Shown one piece after another: positions 24,078-33,471 of a stretch of 64,000 bases of DNA. A program made the translations under genes and the position numbers. Origin of the DNA: Guillardia theta CCMP2712. Lineage: Eukaryota > Protista > Cryptophyta. Numbering within the stretch: the first letter of the stretch is position 1; every line of letters begins with the position of its first letter. The notes beneath the pieces are model-generated. The model worked only from the letters and a program-made list of their open reading frames with translations. It made no database searches and was not told where the DNA came from. The stretch is taken from NCBI RefSeq assembly GCF_000315625.1, contig NW_005434603.1:264333-328332 (forward strand), in the 5' to 3' direction.

Positions 24078-26768
24078 TCAAGTGATCACCGAGACGAATG
24101 TTTGAAGATACTTACCACATATCATATCACTCGTCAGCTCCCCCTTGGCCACTTGTTGCTCTACCTCACTCCTCACTCTTCTCCCAATCTTTGTTTTCTG
24201 CAGAGCCGTGAGAAACTGTTTGCAGTCGGCCTCGGTCAGGAAGTAGCAGACAGTGCTTTTCCAATCGTTTGAAAACTGCACTGAAGTACTCGATGATTTC
24301 CTCGCCTGTACCTCAGAGACGGTGAACTCAGCCTTGCTCGACCCCTCGATCTTCTTGATGGTCAACCTGCCCTTGTGAAGTACCAGGGTTCCTGCCTTCT
24401 GTCCCCCGAAGACGGAGTCCGACTTGTACCTCACCGTCATGAGCAATTTGCTGTTGTAGAAGACACTCTCGGGGTCTTGGATCTTCACCTCCTGCGCGGT
24501 GAACTTTTTCAGGGCATCCTCCACCGGCTCCTCCTTGAAGAAGGAGAGGAACTCCTCGTAGTCGACGCAGCCGTTCCCGTCCCGGTCGAGCTTCTGCTCA
24601 AGTGCTTCGAGGGCGGCAGGGCTGAGGAAAGGGAACTTGTCTTTGAGGACTTGCTTCATGGTTTCGTTGCTGGCCGTCTGCTCGAACTTGCACTTCATCC
24701 AGAGTTCCTGCGCGCTCCCTGGCTTCACCGCCTTCTCCGACTCGTTGAGCGCTTGCGAGTAGACCTCATCCCATCGCTCGAGCATGGCGCCGGCATCGGC
24801 TATCCGCTTCTCAGCTGACTTCTCGAGGCAGCCAGCGGTGATGAAGTCGGAGATTGAAACCGGGATGTCGTTGAGAGGAGCCGGAGGTTCATCATACAAG
24901 GCCAATAGATAGCGGCTGACGAGGACAGGATCGGACAAGTCTTGCACAGAGACAGAGTTGCCGTTGACGAGGAAGGGAAGCTTCTTGGTGAGAGCCTCAA
25001 CGAAGATGACGCCGATGGAAAAGACGTCGCAGGCTGCTGTAAGAGCCGCTCTCTTGTGCTGCTCAGGGCTCGCGTAGACCGGAGTTCCGACAAATTCGCC
25101 GACCATGGTCGCACAGGCAGCTGACACGGCATTCACCTGCTTGGAAGTGCCGAAGTCAACCACCACCATGTCGCCGTTCTGTTTGCGCATGAGGTTGGCA
25201 GGCTTGAGGTCTCGGTGAATGATGCCGAGGCTATGGACCGCTTTCATGCCTTGCATGACCTGCCTCATGTCCTTTGACGCTTCCATCCACGTGAGAGGGC
25301 TTTTCAGCTTGTTCAGGAAGCTCTCGTAATCCTCGCCTACTACCAGATCCATGGCGATGTACAAGTGGGACTCGTGATATCCGTACCCGAGGAAGCGAAC
25401 GATATTCTTGCTCCTGATCTTCTCGAGGTTCTGTGCTTCGACCTTCCCCCGCTTGTCTTCTTGGCCGTCGCATCTCTTGAGAGCTACGATGTTCCCGTTC
25501 TTGGGGTCTCTTCCCTCGAAGACGCTCCCCATGGCTCCTTTCCCTACGGATCTTGCAAGCAGGACGAACTTCTTGTTGTTGTTCATCAAGATCTCAACCT
25601 GGGGCTCCGCAATCTCCTCCGCCTTGTCTACTGGCTTGCTCCCCGTTTCCTCTCCATCCCTAAGGGATCGGATGTGTTGAAGCTCAATCATGTACTCCTT
25701 GGCTTCCCTCTCGTCGTACTTGCAGTTCGCTACGCTTCTAATCATCGCGTTACATGTGTCTTTGTCGACCTGAACCATGCTGTTGCAGAGCGAGCTGAGC
25801 TCGTCAGCCATCTGACGTCTCAGGTTTGAGTAATATTCACGAGTCATGGGCTGGCTCAACGTGTCCGAGGAGATGTTGGAGTCTCGAACGTGCTTGATGT
25901 CCAAGAGAGTCCGGTATGCCTGGTTCTTGGTGCTCAGCAATGCATTCTCAAGCAGGAGAAAGCACAGGATGTCAAAACTCCACTCGTCCCAAGGGACAGT
26001 CTCGATCATTCTAGCTTGATCTGGTCTCAACATACCGTACAGCTCCTTGTTCTTTCGGAGTCTGGACACCATTGATTTCGCTTCTTGCTCCGACCATTGC
26101 CTCGAATTCTTCGACTGCCACACGTGCTTGAACAAGGTCTTCAAGACCGTCGGAGCCGTGGAGAGAAGTAGCTTCTGCAGTCTGAACATCCGCAACCGTC
26201 CTTCTGCGTCATTCCCGTCTGCCAGCTTAGGCGCTGTTGCCACCACCTTCAAGAGCTGAGTCTCAAGTGCTTTCCAGCTTCCGTCGGGCTGCTTCACTGC
26301 CTCCACACGGAGCAGGTATCCCTTGGCTAACTCGTTCCAGTTCCCAGAGTATGTCTCCTTGAGAACCACAACTTCTACATCTCCGCATTTGACGGTACAT
26401 GATTCTCCCTTGAGCTTGCTCGCAACTGTACCCTCAAAGACCCTATGTTCTTGCTCCTTCCATTCGAGGTTCTTGATCTCTCGCTTTGAGACGGCCTGGA
26501 GTTTGTACTCGAAACACTTGATACCAAGATCCTTTGACTGGTAGCCATGCAGCTTTAAGCACAACTTTGAAGCGTCGTCAGCGGAGCGGCAATTGATGAA
26601 GACTAGCTTCCTTTGTCTCAGAATATCATTTTGGTCGAACTTTGGAGAATCGAAGGATTCGTACAAGTCAGAAAACTTTGAGTCAAGAAAACCTTTGACT
26701 TTATCGGAGTCTGTATCGACGTCGAGGCCACAGAGCGCAACCACGCACCTGTCATTCTTCCTAGGCAT
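24078..26768 (-). CDS. Intronless 896-aa multidomain Ser/Thr kinase: RRM-like, OB-like, DZIP3-type HEPN-like, kinase, EF-hand, PH-like
   Basis: Single ORF. Kinase motifs GKGAMGSV, VALK, HRDLKPAN, DFG, GTPVYASPE, DVFSIG; EF loop DRDGNGCVDYEEF. The N-terminal and C-terminal accessory domain calls are by pattern only. Confidence 0.9.
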   Translation of the reverse strand: MPRKNDRCVVALCGLDVDTDSDKVKGFLDSKFSDLYESFDSPKFDQNDILRQRKLVFINCRSADDASKLCLKLHGYQSKDLGIKCFEYKLQAVSKREIKNLEWKEQEHRVFEGTVASKLKGESCTVKCGDVEVVVLKETYSGNWNELAKGYLLRVEAVKQPDGSWKALETQLLKVVATAPKLADGNDAEGRLRMFRLQKLLLSTAPTVLKTLFKHVWQSKNSRQWSEQEAKSMVSRLRKNKELYGMLRPDQARMIETVPWDEWSFDILCFLLLENALLSTKNQAYRTLLDIKHVRDSNISSDTLSQPMTREYYSNLRRQMADELSSLCNSMVQVDKDTCNAMIRSVANCKYDEREAKEYMIELQHIRSLRDGEETGSKPVDKAEEIAEPQVEILMNNNKKFVLLARSVGKGAMGSVFEGRDPKNGNIVALKRCDGQEDKRGKVEAQNLEKIRSKNIVRFLGYGYHESHLYIAMDLVVGEDYESFLNKLKSPLTWMEASKDMRQVMQGMKAVHSLGIIHRDLKPANLMRKQNGDMVVVDFGTSKQVNAVSAACATMVGEFVGTPVYASPEQHKRAALTAACDVFSIGVIFVEALTKKLPFLVNGNSVSVQDLSDPVLVSRYLLALYDEPPAPLNDIPVSISDFITAGCLEKSAEKRIADAGAMLERWDEVYSQALNESEKAVKPGSAQELWMKCKFEQTASNETMKQVLKDKFPFLSPAALEALEQKLDRDGNGCVDYEEFLSFFKEEPVEDALKKFTAQEVKIQDPESVFYNSKLLMTVRYKSDSVFGGQKAGTLVLHKGRLTIKKIEGSSKAEFTVSEVQARKSSSTSVQFSNDWKSTVCYFLTEADCKQFLTALQKTKIGRRVRSEVEQQVAKGELTSDMICGKYLQTFVSVIT

Positions 26769-26808
26769 TTGGTCTGCACTTCAAGCAATCAGAGGCTCGG
26801 AATACACC

Positions 26809-26900
26809 ATGAGTCTCCTACTTTTCCTCCCCCTTTCTAATGAGTCTCCTACTTTTCCTCCCCCTTTCTAATGAATCTCCTACTTTTCCTCTCCCTTTCT
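26809..26900. repeat. About 31-bp tandem repeat x3 (atgagtctcctacttttcctccccctttcta)
   Basis: Directly visible about 40 bp upstream of the kinase start codon. Confidence 0.85.
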
Positions 26901-27214
26901 ACTTACTCCTCCCTTGTTTTATCATTCGCTTCTCCTTCTCACTTCCTCCCTTCCTTCCCCTGCCTCCCTCCCACTCCGACATGATCGCTCGAACCAAAAG
27001 TTGGTGGGAAGCGCTTTCACTACCCCCACTACCCCCCTCCTCCACGTATGATGACCTACCCTACCTACTGCAACGACGGTTTTATTGTTGTTGTGCAAGA
27101 GTCTACCCACCCCTTTGACGTTATCATGGAGCACCCCACCCCACCCCACTCTCCTCGGTCATAATGACCGTCGGACTGAATATTTTCCTAGCTCACTTCT
27201 ACCGTACTGTTCCG

Positions 27215-27253
27215 TTTACTCAAAGTTGAGTTAAAGATCAGTACGAGGACAAT
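27215..27253 (+). repeat. Dispersed 39-bp motif A, copy 2 (2 mismatches)
   Basis: tttactcaaagttgagttaaagatcagtacgaggacaat. Confidence 0.92.
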
Positions 27254-28104
27254 CAGGAAGAGACGAGGGTCTTTCTTTGCCGAGTAAAGAATCGGAAAGA
27301 CGAGGAGGCACCCGGCGTACGGTCACGGTCCGATCGCTGTACTCAGTGACTACTGGAGCAGTGACTCGGACTCCGGGAAGGCCGCGGGCCGCCGGGGGCC
27401 GCCCGGTACCGTACCGGGGCCGGGGGGCGGCGGCGGGGGGCGGCGGGCCGCGCCGCCGAGGGCGGCCGCCACCCGGTACTACGGTACGGTGGCGGCCGCC
27501 GGTGGCGGCCGCCAGTAGTATACGGTATAACCGGCCGCCCGGCCGGGCCGCGGAACTTAGGAATCTGGCATTCAAGGGCAGGGCCGCTGAACCCCGCGTC
27601 TCTACAGCTTGGGAGGTTGAAGAGGAATTTGGCCCCCGGCTCGCCGGAGTCGGGAAATCACAGGCCGGGCTGCGCGGCCCTCCTATGAATATACTCAATA
27701 CTACTGAGTTTCCGAAGTGGATACCTACCGTGGCAAATCTGCCTCAGTGACGAAAAATTCAAGTACTCAGTGACGGTAGTAAGAGGAGGTCGGAGTTTAC
27801 TGAGAGCCCCGCGCCGCCGCCGCCGGCGGAGGTCCCGGCGCCGGAGAACTTCGGAACTCGGAACTCGGAACTTCGGAAGCAGGCCCGGGCGCCTGGACTC
27901 TGGCACGGTGACAAGACAAAACTGAGCCTGATTGGATCCCACTCGGACCCGCCGGGAGGAACCCCCGCCGCCCCATCATCGCGGGCGCCGCACCGGCGGC
28001 GTTCACAGTGACGGAACTTAACTCTAACTTCCGATTAGAGTCGGACGGCTCAGCTCGGACGTCGGACTCCCCCGGGAGGCTCCGGGCCCCTAGTCTACCA
28101 GAAG

Positions 28105-28143
28105 TTTACTCAAAGTTAAGTTAAAAATCAGTACGAGGACAAT
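28105..28143 (+). repeat. Dispersed 39-bp motif A, copy 3
   Basis: tttactcaaagttaagttaaaaatcagtacgaggacaat. Confidence 0.95.
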
Positions 28144-28619
28144 CCGACGATCAGGCCCCTGTGCGGCAGCGGCCGTGAGCGGGCTCGAAGTCTTGACTGA
28201 GTTTTCGCCGGAAAATTCTTTTTTCGGGTACGAAGGCGTGACGTATGGCGACCCCTCGAAAGTAAAAGTACAGTACCAGTAGTAGTCGATCACAGGTACT
28301 AAACTTTACTTAAATATAACCGACGGTAGTATTTGTAAACTTCTCAAGTTTTTTTTCGGATGGCTGATATCTTGTTGATATCGTTTTCGAGTTCGGGCCC
28401 TATTGGTCCTCATCAGCCTGCGTCCTCACTCCCTCCCTCCTCCCTCCTCCCTCCTCCCTCCTCCCTCCTCCCACCTCCCTCCTCCCTCCTCCCACCTCCC
28501 TCCTTCTTCCTTCCTCCTTCCCCGGCCCACCCCCCAGAATCTCCTCCGTCATTGGCAAGGAAACCAACGAGCGAGCGGCATCCTAGCCCAGCTTCTGAGA
28601 TCTTGAAGCTCTTGACAGG

Positions 28620-29594
28620 ATGGTTCGGCCCTCGGCTTCTGACGACTCTAAGTCCGTTGGCGTCTGCTTCGCACAAGCTGTAAGTCAGGCAGGCCCAAGG
28701 CCTCCTCATATCTGCTTCATGTTCCTCTCTCCTCCTTGACGCACTCTGCTCCAGGTCTCCCGAGTAGTGCCTCCTTTCCACCACCTCTTCATCCCTCGCA
28801 AGGGTCGGCTCTCCATGTACGAGGGGCTCAAGGAATGCATCCCCCCTGCTGTTCGGAGTGATCTGCAGTCCTCGGGGAGTTTCGGCCTGAGTGAGATAGA
28901 GTTCAACAAAATCCTAGAAAGAAACGGCTTCAACAAGATCCGGGACCGCTGCACGCTCCCCATGGACCTCAAGCAGACGGACTTCGCCAAGAGCTGCAGC
29001 GCGCGGTATCTCTTCAGCAACCGGCGTTGGAGGAATCCCGACGACCCACACGAGCTCGAGGAGCTCCGTCAAGGTTGGCTGAGGCTCCGCCAGTGCGCTT
29101 TGAAGTTGGGAGTAGATGTCAGCTTCGAGACTCTCGTGCAGTGCTGCAGGGCAAGGCATGCGCTGTGGGCTAGGTTGACGTCCAATTGGAGAAAGACTCC
29201 CCGCCGGGTCTGCCGCAAGAAGACGATAGCCGCGTCAACGAAGCAACGGCAGCAAACGACTACTGACCCCTCCAGCTCAGAGCTGATCTCAATATCGCAT
29301 GACTCAGCACCATCGTCGACATTCTCACCTGCTCCAACGCAAGATTCTTGTGAAGACGAGCTTGACATCATGCGGCTCAACTCCTTGAGCGAGGACGAGA
29401 CTGCCGAATGGATCAGGAAGCTCGAGCGCTTGCAGGGAGGCGGGAAGAAAGACGAGGAGCTCTACTTACAACAATTCTCCGAAGCTTCGCACGCGATGTG
29501 GGAGACCATCACTGAGGAGATCGAAAGTCAAAGTCTGCAGAGCGACGAAGACTTGACCCGACAAACTCTCAACAACTTGATGACTCGGTACTGA
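28620..29594 (+). CDS. Hypothetical protein with basic N-terminal domain and acidic C-terminus
   Basis: ATG 28620, intron gtaagt(28680)..ctccag(28754), then an open frame of about 275 codons to TGA 29594. Confidence 0.65.
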
Positions 29595-30834
29595 AGTCAG
29601 TTCAGAACCCGTGCAACCAATGTGCGGCGCTGAGAGCCTCACATCGATTTTAAGGAACAACACTGTCAGTGCCGATTTGTTGGAAACAACATTTGGAAGC
29701 AACACTGTGTAATCATTGTCGGGCTGGCCCTTATGATCGAGCATCCTCCGTCCGAGTCTTTGTTGAACTTGGAGTATACTCTATCATAGTATCAATAAAA
29801 GGTTTCATGAGTATTCTGGAAGGCCAAGGGGCCCAACTTCGACTCACTGACTTGGCTCAACTGTAGCCCCAGCCTTCTGAGTCGGACGCTCAGTACAGGC
29901 TGCACAGGCTGTGATGAGTCTCAAACTCTGGCAAACTTGCCAAGTAAAAGAGTCACAAGTCCTTAGGGATCGGACTCAGGACAGCCGGGCTCAGTCTTTT
30001 CTCTTCAGGGCTCGCCGGAATGGCCCCACTGCCAGGCTCAGGGCTGGGTCAAGCCTCTCCTCTACGCAGGGTCAGGCAAGCAAATGGCAAATTTCAATTC
30101 GCCAGTCACGGTGCGGGGCAGTGCCGCTGGGACCCGCGGAGCCTGCCACCTTGACCGGCCCGGCGTGGCACGGTCACCCGGCCGCCGCCCCCGCCGGGCC
30201 GGGCCAGACCCAGTGCGGCGCGGCGCACCGTGCCGCGACGTGGCGGTAGCGTCCTGGCAGCCGCCGCTCAGTGACACTGCCGAACTCCGACTCAGGGCCG
30301 GCCCTCCCCGGCCCCGGGCAGTCCGATCACTGACCCGGTTCAACGGCCGCCCGGTTTCACACATCAGAGTCTTCACTGCCAGAGCACGGTCCGATATGAT
30401 CAGCGTTGACCTGAGGCGTTGAGTCAAGTGTAACGGTCAGACGACCGTTGGCTGGCCTGTCATGGCAGCCGCCCGATCATCGTTCATGAGTCAGCCGATA
30501 GAGGGAGAGAGGGAGGAGACTCTCAAGGGAGGAGAATGAAGATGAGGGAGGGGACGAGGACGAAGACAAGGAAAAGGATGACGTTGACGACGAGCGAGAA
30601 GAGGATGGGCCGTTAGAGAGGCTTGAGAGACAAGCTTGGAGGATGGTTTGAGTGCCTAGTTGAGGGTGGAGGAGCACGAAGTGAGATGACATGAGTTGGG
30701 CTGGAGCCTCTCATCAGTGAAAGAATGCATTTGCAACATGATTTCAACGTGAATTGAGCTTTCGAGAACAATCTGACGATCAGAACGCCTCTCTGCAAGC
30801 TGCTCTCCTGATCCCTACTCACGTCTCCTTACAG

Positions 30835-33350
30835 ATGACGGGCTATCGAAGCGCAGGGAACCAATCTCTGCTTTCTTTCAGGACAGGCTTCGCTGTCTCA
30901 GGATACTCTGGCTACATTCCCAGCAACGAAGCAGTTCCCATCCCTACCAAGGTCGTTTCATCCCCCAGCTCTCTGCTCCTCTCCACTTGACATCTCAGCT
31001 CAGGGCGGACCCAACGAAGAGCCTCCAGAGGCACTGAGAGACAGGAGCCCTGCTAGGGGGTATCCGGAGGGCATGCCTCTCAAGCCTCCAGCAGATACCG
31101 AGTATGGAGGTGCTGAGCTCCCTACGGGTTGGGGTGTCCGGTTGACGAGCTGCTGCAGAGAAGTTCAGGGAGGAGGACATGATCCGAACGCACCGCCGTG
31201 GGGGTCTGGAGCCGTCGGAAAGTTTCTACGAAGACGGAGGGGTGCGGATGCTGAATGAGGAGGAGACGTCTCAAGATCGGATCCCCTCGAAGAAGTTCGT
31301 CGGGTCTTCGAGCTATGCGACAGGCTACGTCGACCCGGCTGCGAGGATGCGGTACAGTGTGGTGGAGGTGAGAGCAGGAGGTGGGAAGGGGAACAGCGAT
31401 GGCAACTGATGATGTTCGATAGGGGAGGATATCAGCTATGAACGCTACAGAGACTAAGAGGAGGATCATGCTGGGCGACAGGAAGTCCAAGTCAAGGGCA
31501 GCAGTGACGACATATGGAGCTGCGTATGAGGTGATGGGCCAGGGAAGCTTGAGCGACTACTCTTGATGAGATTTTCATGTCAGCTCTTGAACGCAAAGCA
31601 GGGCGATCACAGCTCAGTTGCCTCGCCTTCCAGCCAGTATAGCCAGGTGAGCGCCCTGCGTACGCCATGAGCGAAACTGACGGTGGGCGATCCTTGATAG
31701 CGATTGTTGAAAGTTTACCCGGAGAGACGCGGAGCTCCGGATTTCGCCAATGCCCCTCAAATCTCCTTCACGCAGGTTTCTTCCACTGCTCTTTCTCCTC
31801 TTCCCGCGCTGCCTCATGTCGCCATGTTGGCAGACGGGCAGCAGCATGTACAACACCATGTACAACCTGGCGAACAGGTAACGGCGTTACGACCAACTTC
31901 TCCTCCCTCCTCACACAGCCCGCAGACCCGGGAAGCTGAGAGACATGCGAGCTCTGCGTGATCCCGTCCAGGTGATCAGAGGCAGATGGAGTTCGTGCGG
32001 CCCCTCACATGCCTGGCAGATCACCGAGAACGCCGACACCAAAGAGCTCTTTGCCACCAGCTCCAAGTACTTCCATGGTGCTTGCCAGCTTTTCCACCTC
32101 CCTCTCAGCTGACCGCAGCTGTGCCAATTACCAGGAAGAACTCCAGGCTATCAAGGATTCCTGCCGGAGAACGTGCACGGGTCAAGCAGGACCGAGCGAG
32201 CTCTAGAGCATGTAGGCTCTCCTCTTGAGCACGCTGGGTTCCTCCTCAACTTGCTTGCAGTCTAAGGACCACCTTCAAACCCAGTCGAAGAAGTTCGGGC
32301 TCTTTGTCCTCCACAACTTCTCCCATCACATACCTGGATACCTCGGCTTCCAGGCGCAGAACCCCAACAACGCCAAGTCAGCCCCCAAGTTCGCCCTTGA
32401 AGGTCCTGCCCTCCGCGTCCATCCCTCTGCCTACAATCGTCTCTCCTTTCCTCCCTCTCTTCCTTGCCTCCTCGTTCCCCTCTCTCCCTTCCCCTTGGCT
32501 CTCTCTGAGAGAGGCTCTTGTGACGTCGCAGCTTTTCTGACGAAAAGATCCCCACAGGACGGCTAGGGACGACAACAGAGGACTTCAATTATCAGGTCTA
32601 CAGCGATGACAGCCTCCTCCTTGTTTCTCCTTCCCTCTTCCTCCAGTCTCCTCCGCATCATTTCTCTCCTCCCTTCCCTTGTTTCTTCTTCCTTTCTCCA
32701 AGATTCCTGCTTTGATCCACATATTCTTCTCGACAGTATCCTTTGAGCTTCCAGCGCCCTGATCTCTCCCTCCCCCCCCCCCGCTCGCATCCCATCGCCT
32801 CACTCGCAAGTACTTCAGGTCGCAGCCCCTGAGACGCTGGAGAAGACGAAGGAACGGCGATCGAACATGAAGATGTTCCACCCCACACGCGGGAGATACC
32901 AGAAGGACTTCTCTGTCTCTTCCGAGATGCTCACCTTCTTCACGCCTGTAACTTCTACTTCCTCCTTCCCCCTCCCTGCTCCTCTCTGAGTCCTTGCTCC
33001 TGCTCCCCAACCTCTCCTTTCCCCTACCCGCCTGTCCTCTTCCTCCAAGATCCCCTCCCCTCCCGTCTCCCACTGATCGTTTTCTCCTCCATCTGCCCTC
33101 GCTCTGACATCAATTCCAGGGAGCAGAAGTCGAAAGCGCCAACGGCAAGACCAACGCTGAAGGATTCTACAGGATATCTCGTCCCCTCGAGGGCCTGCCA
33201 AGGTACATCGCTATTCCTCGCATCGCACCTTCCTCTTCCTCTCCCCTCCTCTTCCTCGTTCTCACCCTCGCCCAACGCAGGAAGTTCGTCCCGTCCGCCA
33301 CCACGGAGAGCGGCTACCTCTTCGATACCTACACGAGCAGGATCGGATGA
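30835..33350 (+). CDS. Multi-exon protein with PYG/'GYSGYIP'-type motifs; candidate flagellar microtubule inner protein
   Basis: MTGYRSAGNQSLLSFRTGFAVSGYSGYIPS..., HHIPGYLGFQAQNP, repeated short T/S-Y motifs; many GT-AG introns. Confidence 0.5.
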
Positions 33351-33471
33351 TTTCGCGTCCATTGCCGTGCCCTTGCCAACGTCTGTACATACACCAGAGC
33401 CTCCACATCCCTGTTGACAAGGACGCGATTTTATATTAACGAAGCAAACAATAAGAGACAAGCAGCGTCTG

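Noticed and set aside
27231-27750. Arg/Pro/Gly/Ala-rich ORFs on both strands (also 15532-16284, 30062-30427, 60602-60832)
   Set aside because: Stop-poor by-products of GC-rich islands with no domain signal.
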